Assembly (NCBI GenBank): GCA_951406725.2
Contig: OX597819.1
Span: 89,156,001 to 89,220,000 of the forward strand
Source of the DNA: Octopus vulgaris
Taxonomy: Eukaryota
Length of the DNA stretch: 64,000 nucleotides
Reading direction: 5' to 3'
The notes beneath the pieces were generated by a model. It was given only the letters and a program-made list of their open reading frames with translations, was not told the DNA's origin and made no database searches. Made by a program: the position numbers and the translations under genes. Positions 24,182 to 38,000 of this stretch are shown piece by piece (position 1 is the first letter of the stretch; every line of letters begins with the position of its first letter).

Positions 24182-24199
24182 AAACGGTAATAAAAAAAA

Positions 24200-25443
24200 A
24201 TTAGACTTTCATAATAGTATACTGCAAAAGAGTAGGGAAAGGGGATAAAAAGATGATCTCCCTATATACCAGAGAGGGTGTAGGAGTATAATATCCTCCC
24301 ACCCCGAATAACCATGCTAAAGCACACGCTAGGAGAAAGAAGTTACAAAAAGGGGATGCAGAACGCTGACAGCAGTGGTTATGGAGAGTCGGTGAGAGTG
24401 GATGAATTCGAGGGTATGTAGCTTGGTTTAGCTAATAGATGTGATGACAACAACAGCGTTAACAAGGTACGATGAGGGAAAACTGGTGGTGATGGTTGTA
24501 CTAGTGGTAATATTAGTAATAGTGGCTGGCGGTTGTGGCAGTCGTAGTAATTAATATTATAGGCGATGTTGACGATAGAGACAGTAATAGTAGATGTATT
24601 CTAGCCGTGGTTGTGGTTATCTAGTCGTACTAATAATAGTAGCTGTAGTGATAATACAAGCCGTACTAATAGTAATGGTTATGATCGTAATACTAGCAAT
24701 ACTACAAAATAGTAGTACAAGTGAAGCAATAAGCAAGCAGGAAAAGAGAGACTGAGAAAGAAGAATCAAAACAAGATTTACGATAAATCGTAAAAGGTAG
24801 AAATGAAGACGTAAACGTTGAAAATGGGGGCGGTGGGTTTGAAATTCTATTTCGGAAAGTTCGCGGAAGATAAATAAATAGATTACAACCGTCCGTACAA
24901 GTGAAATGGGGAAAATAATTAAAATGGCCAAAAACGAACACGTAAATGAAACACATTTGTGAACATGTTCAATATAATTTCTGTACGTGTGTGTGTCGTG
25001 TGTCCCTTTAATACTGGCGATCTTTATATTGCTCTCCGCGATATAAAGACAGCCAAACAGTGATAAACACACGAGTGAACACTAAGGCTTGACCATCCTC
25101 ACCAAAAAAAACAAAAAAAAAACATGGTACGAACCAACTATAGAAATAAATGTCAGAGACCCCATGCATACAGGACACAATGTACATGCGTGTGTGTCTA
25201 CATACATATATATATAGACACACGCAGGGCGGGCTTAAAGTCGCGGACCAACATTTGACATTTTTTTTTTATATCACGCTATTATTATTATTCATTTTGG
25301 TTATCATGTACAAGTACGTGTGTACTCATCATTATTTTATATATTTTATTCAATTTTTAAAAAAACCCCAGAAGTATGCCTTTGACAATTATAGAGCGTA
25401 TTGAACTTATTTCATGCGTGACTTTTGGCCCACCCTGCGTGTG

Positions 25444-25485
<42 letters not shown>

Positions 25486-26200
25486 CACACACACACCAAA
25501 TATTAATAAAAATTTACATATATTCTTATTTTGAGTTCTATTTTTTTGTTTTCATCAACATACCTATATTATATATATATATATGTATGTATATATGTAG
25601 GTCCCGGGTTGATTCGGGGTTAACCACAGTAAATAAGGTACTCAATACATAGCAGATATGCGCGCGCACACACGTATATACATACATATAGTAAATGTGT
25701 AGAGGGGGAGAGATTTATATGTATGTGTGGGTGGTGTGTATTTAGAATGTAGTAGTATCGTTAATATTTCGATAACATGTTTCAACTAATATAACATAAC
25801 GGCCGAGTGGGGGCTATCTCTGGTTCAAGCACTTTCGTTTCGTTGGATCCAGTAACAAACAAGCCACTCGTATATATTATTCTCTCTATACTCTATTCCA
25901 TTCTTTTGTATTCATATTATTTCCCCCCACCCCACCCCCTCATACGGAAAGGAAGAAATTGTAATACAATAATAAAAGGATGAAAATAAAAAGAGAAGTT
26001 TCGACATAAAGGAAGAATGAAATTGAATGGAAAAAAAAAAATTGAAAAGGATTGAAAGTTAAGAAAATAATAACCGAAGCGATAAAGTCTTAGAAGAACG
26101 GTGAATGCGCGCACGTGTGTGTGTGAGAGAGAGAGAGAGGGAGGGAGGGAGTGAGCGTACAGTATTTGATAAATAAATGAATAAATAAGCGAAGCAGTTT
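24200..26200 (-). promoter_or_regulatory. Candidate promoter/5' UTR region of a leftward-transcribed gene
   Basis: CpG frequency rises abruptly at the edge of the CpG-poor left block. There is a GGGGCGG box near 24827 and low-complexity leader-like sequence. No coding exon was identified and the strand is inferred. Confidence 0.3.
25225..25437. mobile_element. Tc1/mariner-type MITE
   Basis: TIRs CAGGGCGGGCTTAAAGTCGCG / CGTGACTTTTGGCCCACCCTG. Confidence 0.7.
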
Positions 26201-26308
26201 TGTGAATTGATACTAATTTAAATCAACAAATATAAAGTTTTAATTTCAGCTAGGAAATTAAATTGCTTAATACATTATTTATTTATTTGTTATTTCTTTT
26301 TTTTTTTA

Positions 26309-27070
26309 AGGCGGCGCGATGGCAGAATCGTTAACACGCCGGGAAAATACTGAGCGGTGCGTCTTCACGTTCTGAGTTCAAATTCCGCCAGGGTCGACTT
26401 TGCCTTTCGAGCTCAATTAAATAAGTACCAGTTGAGCACTGGAGTCGATACAATTGACTAGTCCCCCTCGGGCTTTGTGCTTATATTGTTGGGTGGTGAG
26501 CTAGTAGATTCGTTAGCACACCGGGCATTCCGTCCGTCTTTACGTTCTGAGTTCAAATTCCGGCGGAGATAAAGAATACGTATACCACCCGTTTTCAGTG
26601 TAACGAAACCTTAACCCTAACTCTAAACACCGGGTGTACGTATTGTTTACTTTCGTCCGAGATTGATTTTTCATCCTCTTGAATTCGATGAAGACTTATC
26701 CGTGTGCTAAAATTTGAAACCATTATTATTATGAAGGCGGCGAGCTGGCAGAATCGTAAGCACGCCGGGCGAAATGCGTAGCCGTATTTCGTCTGCCTTT
26801 ACGTTCTGAGTTCAAATTCCGCCGAGGTCGACTTTGCCTTTCATCCTTTCGGGGTCGATAAATTAAGTACCAGTTACGCACAGGGGTCGATGTAATCGAC
26901 TTAATCCGTTTGTCTGTCCTTGTTTGTCCCCTCTGTGTTTAGCCCTTTTGGGTAGTAAAGAAATAGGTATTTCGCTACGTTCTGAGTTCAAATTCTGCCA
27001 AGGTCGACTTAACCTTTCCACCTTTCGGAGTCGATAAATTAAGTTCCAGAGTTGCCCCCGGTCGATAAAA
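26309..27070 (+). mobile_element. Cluster of four or more SINE family A copies (26735-26966 nearly intact)
   Basis: CGTTCTGAGTTCAAATTC occurs four times, and GGCGGCGAGCTGGCAGAATCG-like heads occur three times. Confidence 0.9.
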
Positions 27071-28604
27071 TATGCAGCAGATATTTATCTGTTAATAAGT
27101 AAAAAAAAAAGGCAGACGTTGAAATAAGAAGCCAATGTTTATCATAGGGAGAAGAGAACCGGGAAATTACACCTCCTCCTTGGTGAGGGTGGGGTGAGGA
27201 TTAAAAAGGGGATATTTTTAATAATGTTAGATGGTTAAGAAACTTTTTAAAGTTTTCCAATAACATTACAACGAGCGATTTTGCTTTCTCATTAATAAGG
27301 AGGAGGGAGGAAATTTCACTAAAATATTTTTTCCTGTTGAGGAGACGTAGGCTCGAGTACAGGTGCAAATGCACCCGCGAAAATTATGGGGGAAGAGGCA
27401 ATGAACACTCTTTGAATACCCTCCTTAAAAACTGGATTTGCATCAACTACGTTCGTGGAGAAGGTATTTTGTTAGTTTGAGAGCCACTGTAATATACTAT
27501 AAACAATATACACAGCAAAGTAAAGGTACTGAGGATCACATTCTATTATACAAAATGTATGTATGTATATTCTGGGCAAAGATAGATCCCCACCTCACAC
27601 ATAAATAAAAGCACCCGTAGCCTCCACTAAATCATACAAGTAATTAGCACCAAGAGATTTCCCACACAAAATTCTAAAAGCAGAATTTCTGTTCTACCTT
27701 TCTGTTGTAACAAAATCGTTACCTTTTCTTCCTTTCAATATTTAAAACGGAAAGTTTTTTTGCATGTTCAACTTTGTAATCACGTGATTCTAGATTCGAT
27801 CCTTCAGCTCTACACTCGAGGCAAGTATTTTCTTGTACCATAATCTCAAGTTGCCCAACACCTTATGAGTGGAATTTGGCAAATAAAAACAGAAGCCCAT
27901 CGTGTGCATCTGGTGTGTGAAAGACTGAAATTTTCACCAAGGATGTAAACATTGGTGAAAGAACAAAAATAAAAGAAACATGACATTCTTTTGTCACTTT
28001 TCCTCTAAACGATATAGCCAATCAGTGCTTGGCCTATTAGAAACCCGTGATATTTTTCACTCGCATACACATACATTTCATATATAACTACCTTCCTTTT
28101 ACGTAGTAGCAGAGTATAAACTACATGATAACCTTTGCCAAAGGGATGATGGTAATGTATACCTCGCATTACACTAATGATAATTACATTAGCTTACACA
28201 TGACTACCATGCGATTGACTTAAGATCCACCAACAGTTAATTAGCGGAAACAGCGTTGATATCACATTGCTCAAATGCAGGCATGCCCGAAAAGTCGCTG
28301 AAGCATTGCCTCCTCGATACTGTATGATCGTGCAGAACCCACTATTAAACATGTCAATATCCTCGGCTTGCAGAGCACCCACTTCAATTCAAAATCAAAG
28401 TATCTGTCTTTATTCTCCGTCTGACCTAAGTATTGCAGCTCGGATCAACTTATCAAGGGCATATCTCAAGAGTTTGCTCAACAAACAATGATTTCTGTAA
28501 ATACGCTAAACCTCGGTGCACCTCGAGATGCATAAAAGAGGTTACACGACGACCTCAATTTGGTCTAGTGTTCTCAAGTCCAAGACACTGATAATATATC
28601 TCTG

Positions 28605-29026
28605 GGATCTTTTCGGTTTGAACGGCAGTTTTTAACATAATTTCTAGGTAACTAAAAACATTTTAAACTTCGTATACTGGTAGAATGTGTTTATAAAACA
28701 TCTTTTTCTTTTGGCTTTATAGAGAAAATTCTATAGTTTGTAAGATATTTGGGGTTTTTTCTTCAATTTCTGCAATTTCAACCAATCAATTACGTTTATT
28801 GAGGTAAAAAAAACATTCTGTGCCGTATGAATATTCACTCGTTTAAGAAACAGATTGGGTTTATTTACATTTGTGAAGAAAAAAAGGTACCCTTCCCCCC
28901 ACCCCTAACCAACCCTAACCCCCAAAACAGATTGGAATGCAATAGATCGATACTAGGGTCATAATTATGGGTGACAATTTCATATGACACCGCTAGAAAA
29001 AACTGCCGTTCAAGCCGAAAAGATCC
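28605..29026. mobile_element. MITE family M (probable Merlin superfamily), copy 1
   Basis: ~29-bp TIR GGATCTTTTCGGTTTGAACGGCAGTTTTT, 8-bp flanks TATCTCTG / CACCTCTG, internal CCCTAACC repeats. Confidence 0.85.
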
Positions 29027-29395
29027 CACCTCTGTACTGTAAGGTGGTTCTTTGACAACCTCAAAGTACATTTAAAAATAAAAGTGATAAAATTGGGTGC
29101 AGATACTAAACCCATCGAGTGTGTTTGTTACTTAAGCTATTTTATTATTAGGTAATATTGAAGGCGCTACAGAAACAAACAAATTGAGAGACGTCAGCGG
29201 CGAAAGGAAAACAACAGAAATGCAGAGCGCCGAGCCACCCTCTTGGTATAGCAAGTACTGTGACAGAAGCTGCACTTCAATCATAGGAAGAACCAGCCAT
29301 GAAAGAAGCTGCAAGAAAAGGAGCCCCTATGTACGATTAAGTGACCTCTAAGCTCAATTGACTGTCTGCATAGACGAAAAGAGCCAATTACTGAA

Positions 29396-29802
29396 AGTGG
29401 TGAACTGGCAGAGTCGTTAGCACGTTGGACAAAATGCGCAGCCGTATTTCGTCTGCCGCTACAATCTGAGTTCAAATTCCGCCGAGGTCGACTTTGCCTT
29501 TCACCCTTTCAGGGTCGATTAAATAAGTACCAGTTACGCACTGGGGTCGATATAATCGACTTAATCCCTTTGTCTGTCCTTGTAAAGGCGGCAAGCTGGC
29601 AGAAACGTTAGCACGCCGGGCGAAATGCGTAGCCGTATTTCGTCTGCCGTTACGTTCTGAGTTCAAATTCCGCCGAGGTCGACTTTGCCTTTCATCCTTT
29701 CGGAGTCGATAAATTAAGTACCAGTTGAGTGCTGGGGTCGATGTAATCGACTTACCCCTCCCCCAAAATTTCAGCCCTTGTGCTAATAGTAGGAGGGATT
29801 AT
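29396..29802 (+). mobile_element. Two head-to-tail SINE family A copies
   Basis: 29396-29583 and 29585-29802 both contain GAGTTCAAATTCCGCCGAGGTCGACTTTGCCTTTCA. Confidence 0.92.
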
Positions 29803-32669
29803 TAGGTGATATCTGCTTTTCAAGCCGGTTAAACACGAAAACATGTATACTAATTGTATTTTAAAATTATCTACACTATGCACAAATATACATTGTCCTA
29901 TAGAGATGAGATATTTTATCAAATGATGCTTAATTTTTTTGATGATATAATAACGATCAGCACGTGCTGTTGGATTTACACCGCAAAGATTTATATGAAA
30001 ATGAATGACAATCTACTACTGCCGTTGTTAATGGTGTCAAATAACTCTTCAATCATACAAGTATTTGGAAATCGTATTGATTAGGAGAGGGAAAAAAACT
30101 GTCGTGGCTTAACGACTCGGATGGAAGAGAGCGATGTATCATGTAAAGAATATTATTTTGATTGACCCCACATTTTTTTTTAGTTCAAATCACACTCAAG
30201 TCTTTGTTATTTCGTTTCACTGTTGAAGGCAGACTTGTTCTTGATAAAATAACATCCAGTAATTACTTTGAAGTTGAATTGATCGATATATATATATATA
30301 TATTGCAGTTTGTTATGTTTATTTCTATAAAGAATAGTTTAGCATTTAAAAAGAAATAATTGATTTCAAAAACAGCACATAGAAAGAAAAGCTTTTTACT
30401 CTAAGCGGTGTCTATATTTTTTTCCTGTGATATGAACGGGATGAGTAAACTTACATAACTACATAACAGCAAGCACTGAAACTGGATCGTAGATCCTACT
30501 GAAAGACTCATCTATATTAATGTCTGTTTTGACACATGTGTGGAATCGTAGAAGACTTCCTTGCCAGTTTAATCAGGTATGGAAGAGACCAACGATATCT
30601 CTACTCTTTTTCATTCCTCCAAAATAGCATCCTTATTTATTTATTTATTTTTCAATTGTTCCTATCCTTACTATCTACACCATTCGATTTTCTTTTAATC
30701 TCGCCTATCTTCCCAACAAAGCAGTCTTTATCTACTGCCCCTTTTCCTTTATCTGGCCTTACTCACACCCCCGCCACCAAACCAGAACCATACACCCTGC
30801 ACACACTATATTGCTCGCAAACAAAAATGGAATGGAATGGAATGAGGAAGCAAAAGAGAGACAGAGTGAGCGTATCTCGTGACGAATAAGCTGCACAATT
30901 CCAACAACAACATTCCACTAACGAACACACACACACACACACATACAAAATAGTGTGTATATATAAAAATAATAAGGCAATTGTTTCCTCTCGTACGGTT
31001 TCGTTTTTATGAATATTTGACATTTTGTAAAATAAAGGGAGATAATTAGCCCCTTGGTGTTCAAAACATAAAATGGGGGAGGGGTGCTAATTTTTCTTCA
31101 TTTACAAAAAAAAAAAAAAAAGAAGAAAAAAACGAAAACGGGAGAATATTTCATAAGGAAAAAAATCTATATTTCTATACACATACGAATATTGAACTTG
31201 CACAGGCACTGAAATATCTACACTTATACACACGTATACATGTACACATAAGCACAATGGCAATAGAAATACATATAAATATTTAAATAAACATCTATAA
31301 GAATAAAACAAATTAAACTATATATATATTTATATATATAATTTAAAAGAAACTGTTTATTTCTTCCAAATTAAGGCTATTAGGATTGGCATAGCTTATA
31401 AAACACAACAAAATATACAAAAGAAAAATAAATTTAGATTAACAGATTTTTATTTTTATATCTCTTCTTGTCATGTTACACTGCATGAACTATCTCTAGC
31501 CCTTAAGGGAAACTAACACAGAAGGAAAGAGATCAAGTTTGTTGATCCTCACATCACCTCGGAAGCAGGAAGCAGGAAACTTAGAGATAGTTGTTAGAGT
31601 ACATTGGCGTTGTTACGGATAACGATTAAATTACCAACATTCACATCTCTATTTGAAAACATCTATCTTTGGTAGCTGAACAAATTTAGAACAATTTTAA
31701 AATAATGAAAGTAAAGGAAGGAATATCAGATGTCTCTTGTGAGGGTTAATATTTTTTTTTTTTTTTTTTTTTTGCAACATCAGGTCATTTGGTACAGGCC
31801 ATTGTCACTAATAAGAGTCCCTTTATTTTTATTACTAGCTATAGTAATCCTTTCTGAGCAAATCTTGTGCTCCTGTTTCGTCAAGTTACCCAACCAGTGT
31901 AGAACAAAATATTGAGAATAAAAAAAAAAAACTTATATAAAAGACAAAGTATAAAGTAAATAAATAAAAAAGGGTGTTTGGACAGGCTGAGGTGGAGGGG
32001 GGAATTGTGACATTTTGGAGAGATAGCATGAGAGGAATATTAAGGGAGGAGGTGTTGGGCCAATATCTTACAATAATATTTACACGTTACTTGACACATA
32101 TGATGGGAACTAATCTACTTTAGTTCTCAGAAAATAACAAGGTATACGATTACTGTAAATTCTTAGTTACCTTGCTGTACAAAAACATTAGCAAATACAA
32201 ATGGTTGATCACTCATCTAGTCTTGCTCCACATACAAATAAACATTTTATGAGCTCGATGCCATTCAAGTGATGAGACGAAGGTTACAAGATACCTAGTG
32301 GTTTCTTAAAAGTTTTTTTTTAAATTTATTTTTTTTGTAGAATACCTTTAAAACAAGACCGATGATATGAGTAGAGTAACATTGAGAATATTTTTGCATT
32401 TGATATCAGTCCTAAATTTATCTTACAAATCTGAATATACTACCGTATCAAAATAAAAGAACGAACCCGATGCATTAAAAGGCAATTAAGGGAATCCCAT
32501 CGCGATACTTGAAGGAACAAATGAAAAAACAGGGGTAGAGACCACAGAATTGACATGCTTGTCTCCACTAATATCTACAAAAACTCTAAAGTATGATGTT
32601 TTACTCTTTATAAAATATACTATAAAAGGGTAATTAAGTCTGTTTAACATTTTCATAAGTCCATACTTG

Positions 32670-33078
32670 GGATCTTTTCGGTTTAAACGGCAGTTTTTCT
32701 AGCGGTGTCATATGAAATTGTCACCCATAATTATGATCCTAGTATCGATCTATTGCATTTCAATCTGTGTTAGGTTTAGGAGTGGGGGGAAGGGTATCTT
32801 TTTTTCTTCAGAAATGTAAATAAACCCAATCTGTTTCTTAAACGAGGGACATATTCAAACGGCACAGAATGTATTCACCTCAATAGACGTCATTGATTGG
32901 TTGAAATTGCAGAAATCAAAGAAAAAAACAACAAATATCTTACAAACCATAGAATTTTCTCAATAAAGCCAAGAGAAAAAGATGATTTATAAACACATTC
33001 TACCAGTATACGAAATTTAAAAGTGTTTAGTTACGTGGAAATTATTTTAAAAAACTGCCGTTCAAACCGAAAAGATCC
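32670..33078. mobile_element. MITE family M, copy 2 (inverted), nested in a piggyBac-type MITE
   Basis: Same TIRs as copy 1, TSD CATACTTG / CATGCTTG. The host continues to GGCGAAGGG|TTAA at 33262. Confidence 0.88.
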
Positions 33079-33685
33079 CATGCTTGTTTTCAGACTTTTA
33101 GTTAACGTTTGTTTCATAGCTTCTGAATAAAAAAAGCTTTCTTTTCATAAGTCCCCAGTTACTCGGGTAGCTGAGTATTACAGGAATGTGTATCATATAT
33201 GATGTATGGACGCCGTGGAAACATGTCTTGTGTATCACATGTGATATACAAGCGGCGAAGGGTTAATTAATCTAATCACAGGCTCCTTTATTAGCTCAGA
33301 AATTAATATTTACGCAACACATGTGGACTCTCCGAAAGTTAAAAAAAAATATTAAGGTGTGCTGTTTTATGTCTATAAAATCGTAATTAGCCAAGTTTAA
33401 AATAGTTTTACTAGTTACTTATATCGCTTCATTTGTAAATTGGGTATGTAGCCGTTGCTTATTCGACAACTTTACCAAAATAAGAAGTCTTTTTTTAAAA
33501 AAAAAACCTTTCTATTTCTTTCTTGGACTTTATAGATGAAACAATGGATATGTTTCGCTTGACAAAGCAGATCCGACGTTTTGGGGGGTATGGCAATACA
33601 AATGCAGATTTTCATACTGATTTTATGCTAGATTCTATCTGGTATATCAAGCCTAAATGATCCAAAATATTAAATTTCGTATTAA

Positions 33686-33870
33686 ACCTATCCCGTGTAT
33701 AGCATAATACACAGGGCATGTTACCTCGGCGTACATTCATCATTCTGGAAGTTAAAAAAAAAATTGGAATTTTGAAAGGAAACGTATGAGAACGTATGAA
33801 ACAAGGGCTAAGTAAAAGTCTGAAAACAAGCATGAACGTTCAGGGAAATGCTTTAGACAGGCAAAATGGG
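33686..33870. mobile_element. piggyBac-type MITE, family P2
   Basis: TTAA at both ends (33682-33685 and 33871-33874). Shares CATGCTTGTTTTC with 33079-33262 and 39022-39248. Confidence 0.7.
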
Positions 33871-36040
33871 TTAAAACATCTTGGAAAACCATTTCTATTA
33901 CTGTATTTCTAACCCGAAAAGGTTCTAACTGTGTTTTAATTTTTAGAAATAATCTAGAATTATGAGGAGTTTTATAAAAGAAATTAAGAGGAACAATTTG
34001 GCAAGATATTCAAAATTCCTTCGATTTTCTCTAATTCAATATGATGTACCAATAGAAATTTTTATATTCTTTTATTTGTTTCAGTCATATGACTGCGGCC
34101 ATTCTGGAGCACCGCCTTTAGTTGAACAATTCGACCCCAGGATTTATTCTTTGTAAGCATAGTACTTATTGTACGTTTTACATTAAATTCCAATATAATA
34201 GTAATCAACACCATCTGACAGGTATTTGTAGAAAGTTTCATTTAAAAGCCGTTTTTCTGAAAGTTATGAAGAACTTAAGTCAGTTACTGTGTATTATTCG
34301 AAACTCCTATACGCCACACTATGAAAAAGATTTCCACAACAAATTCCGATATAACCGAAATCTATACCATCAGAAAGATTTTGATTGAAATTTTCATCAA
34401 AAAATATCAATTTTTCTTAAAGTTATGAGGAAACAAAGTCGGGTTGGGCCTCACTTGTTTAAGTATGCAGAATTTTAAGTCAAGGAGTAATGAAAATGAT
34501 ACATAGAATATAATATAATCGTCTAATATTTGTTTTTCTCCAACGCACTATGAACGCCATAAAATTTCCGATCGCTTGTAACCATGCATAGCGCTATTTC
34601 ATCCTTATTTCGAATCGTCAGCATGGCATAATTCGAGGCAAATAAATCACACTGAAGCTACACAATTCTTTCAAAGAGAAAATAGTTTAAGACAAACACT
34701 GTTAAATGGAAGTGCTCACGGTGTAGTTGTTTTAATTTCCATTTGTGCTGTTCTATTTACCTTACATCATCAATAAACGTCTTTATATAAATATCACGAA
34801 TTTCCATCGCCCAATTCATGGAAAAGTCTGAAAATTTTCTCTAGCAGGATCACTGGATGTCTAGCAGGAACAACTAATGTTAGTTGGAAATAGAACAAAA
34901 CTAACGCTTGGAAATAAGGGATTATATCAATAGCCAAGAAATTGTTTGATACTAGCAGAGATTGATAGAAAGCAAGCGATAAGATGAAAGAAAGCCACGA
35001 AGAGGCTTTTAAGGATACCTGAATTGCTGGCGTTGAGAGTTATTATTGATGCAATTAGATATAGGAGATTTAGGAAGAAGAAAGCTCTAGATCCAAATAA
35101 TTGATTTTGGGACCATAATCTCTAAGATAAGAGATGTCCAATAGCTTTTGCATGCCTTATTCTGTCAAAACAATTTGCTCATTTGGAGTGCAACGGCAAA
35201 GGTTAACTATGGTTTTCTAGGTCAGAAAACTTTGGCGTGCGATACAGAGAAAAATAAATCAGCAGTAGTGTAGTTGATCTACCTGTTCAAAAGCCCTGTA
35301 ATTACTGTAGTGAATGGTTTACGGTGTTGTACGAAGATTGTTAAATTATCTCTATAACTTAGAAGTTAAATGCTACAGCTGTACAATTCGCAGAAGGAAG
35401 GAGAAAGATGATGGGGGAAAAAGTGTGGGGAACAACTGACAATAAATAAATTCTATATAAAGAATTAAAAAAATATGCCATGAAATGTTTCATTTCACAC
35501 AGGCCTGTATAATAACCCAGCTGTACAGAGGATAAGATGTACTGAAGTGTTAAGTAAAAACAAAAAAGAAAATCAATTTGATACAACATTCAGTAAAATA
35601 TCTTTTATTCATAATGAATGTCAAAAGAAATTATTCTAACTAACCATGACATTTCTCCAAGCTATATTAAAAAGCTGGAGTGGAGTGAAACAAAAAAGAA
35701 ACCCTACAAACAACATCCTTTATCAATTACGCATAGTTTCCTTATCAGCTTTTTCGGCAGGGAGTTGCCCCCACGAAGAAAAAAAAAAAGTATTCTAAGA
35801 AAAAAAAAGTAGGTAGGATAATATAAAATATAGATAAAATAAAAATTTCAAGTTAAAAGGAATAGTTAGTTGTCCGAAGTGATAAAATGCGTTATGGAAG
35901 ACTGCCATTAAACACAGAAGTAATGTAATAACACTGCGTACTTACTAAAAGTAATAACGAAGTAATAATAAAGGAAATTGCTGATACCCCCTTCCCCCAT
36001 TCATACTCTATCCAGGAACCCCTTCTGCAAGTATTTCTCA

Positions 36041-36313
36041 CATCTATCCTCGTTTAACGTGGGTGTTTAGTTCTAAAAACTACCGTGTTAAATGTATAAG
36101 TGATAAATGAATAATGGGAGACAATAAGTTAGTTCCGAGACACCCAAGTTTTAGTGAGCATTGTAGATGGTCGCTGAGATCAGAGTAGAATCTTTGACCG
36201 ACGATCCGTGTTATCACAGATCAATTCGCGATAAGCGCAACACGGTTCACAATTATTGTAACATGTTGTCTTGAATCAGTGATGAATGTATCCGCGATAA
36301 ACGAGGATAGATG
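36041..36313. mobile_element. pogo/Tigger-type MITE
   Basis: TIRs CATCTATCCTCGTTTAACG / CGATAAACGAGGATAGATG followed by TA. Confidence 0.85.
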
Positions 36314-36927
36314 TATAGTCAACATTTATCCTATTTGCATGTTGAGTGTAGCCTCTAATCAGCCCTGATCGAGCAGACTTATGACCAAAAAAAGATATTC
36401 CAGTTGTGATCATCACGTTTTTTCCTCGGTATAGTGTACTTAAGAATAAATTATATAAAATGATTTTAAAGGGATTTGACTGCTACTCCTAGCATGTAGA
36501 GCGGCGAGAAGGTTTTGTATGTGTGTGTGTGATAAACCACAAAACACAGTAAAATGCAGAAAAGTAATTAGAATATTTTCTATCTTCATATCAGAGACAC
36601 AGCAGCTTAATATTAGAAATGCTACAGTGGAGTTGTTACAATTAAGATAAAAACTTTGAATTCGATAGAAATCGAATCTGATGGCATGGAAACGACAACA
36701 AAAACCAGCGGAAATATTTTGGAAACCCAAGAAAATAATGACACTTTTTTTTTTTATATATTGTGAAGCTTACTTCGAGGCTTTGACTTACTTTGAGTGA
36801 GTTAGGCAAACATTCGACGAGTAAACAACTTTTTTTAAGAAATACAGGATGAATCATTTTAAAAAATATTCAAGGCGGTGCTCCAGCATGGCCGCAGTCA
36901 AATGACTGAAGCAATAGAATATCAAGA

Positions 36928-37282
36928 CGTGCGCAGACGTGGGTGAATGGTAAGAAGCTTGCTTCTCAACAACATGATTACGGGTTCAGTACCACTGCGT
37001 GGTACCTTGGGCAAGTGTCTTCTACTATAGCCTCGGGCCGACCAAAGCATTGTGAGTGGATTTGGTAGACGGAAACTGAAAGAAGCCCAGTGTGTATGTA
37101 TGTTATGGGGGGTATCTTTGTGTATATGTTTGTCCCCCACCATCGCTTGACGACCGGTTTTTGGTATGTTTACGACCCTGTAACTCAACAGTTTGACAAA
37201 AGAAACCGATAGAAATAAATCCGGGGGTCGATTTATTCGACTTCAAGGCAGTCAGTGCCCCAACATGGTCGCAGTCCACGAT
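36928..37282 (+). mobile_element. CORE-type SINE, family C
   Basis: CCTTGGGCAAGTGTCTTCTACTATAGCCTCGGGCCGACCAAAGC ... GGATTTGGTAGACGGAAACTGAAAGAAGCCC. Confidence 0.9.
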
Positions 37283-37782
37283 AAAAAAATAAAACTGTTA
37301 TCCAAATAATTACATTTAAAATATAGTCCAAAAAAAAAAAACGAAGTATGCGAAGGACGAAGACAAAATTGGTTTGTATACATCATCCATATTTCTAGGC
37401 TTCTCTGTAGTTTCCCCCATTACATTGATGTTGCCGCGTTAGACTGCCGGCTTAAAATAAATAGGCGACGACAATGATGATAGAAGATGAAAAAGAAAGA
37501 AAAGCAAAACGCCCAATAAGCAGTAACTGTGAATAATATTTTTACCTCACAGCACACCAATTTTATCAATAAAGATACATTGTGAACAAAAAGATACATT
37601 ATTTCGGTATCTGATCGTACGTCTACTTAGCTATGTCTGGTTGATGTTGATCAAGCAGACTTCGTTGCTAGCGAATTAATAATGCTTTTCTCTTTTCAGA
37701 TCTGGTGTAGCTGACATTACATTATCCAAACATCCTTTTTTTTTTTCTCTTCTTTGTTTAGAAAGGATACTAAGGCGATATT

Positions 37783-38000
37783 TATTTCTTTATTGCCCAC
37801 AGGGGGCTAAACATAGAGGGGACAAACAAGGGGATTAAGTCGAATATATCGACCCCAGTGATTTACTGGTACTTATTTAATCGACCCCGAAAGGATGAAA
37901 GGCAAAATCGACCTCGGGGGAATTTGAACTCAGAATGTAGCGGCAGACGAATTACGGCTACGCATTTCGCCCGGCGTGCTAACGTTTCTGCCAGCTCGCC
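37783..38000 (-). mobile_element. SINE family A
   Basis: Near-intact copy with TSD AAGGCGATATT / AAGGTGATATT. Confidence 0.92.

Noticed and set aside
24617-25072. 151-aa hydrophobic minus-strand ORF
   Set aside because: Composition reflects T-rich and trinucleotide low-complexity sequence; no recognisable domain.
28194-28500. Coding exon in a GC-richer patch with possible minus-strand splice sites
   Set aside because: All three minus frames are interrupted between the candidate sites. The plus ORF has no recognisable motif and may be an unassignable old LINE remnant.
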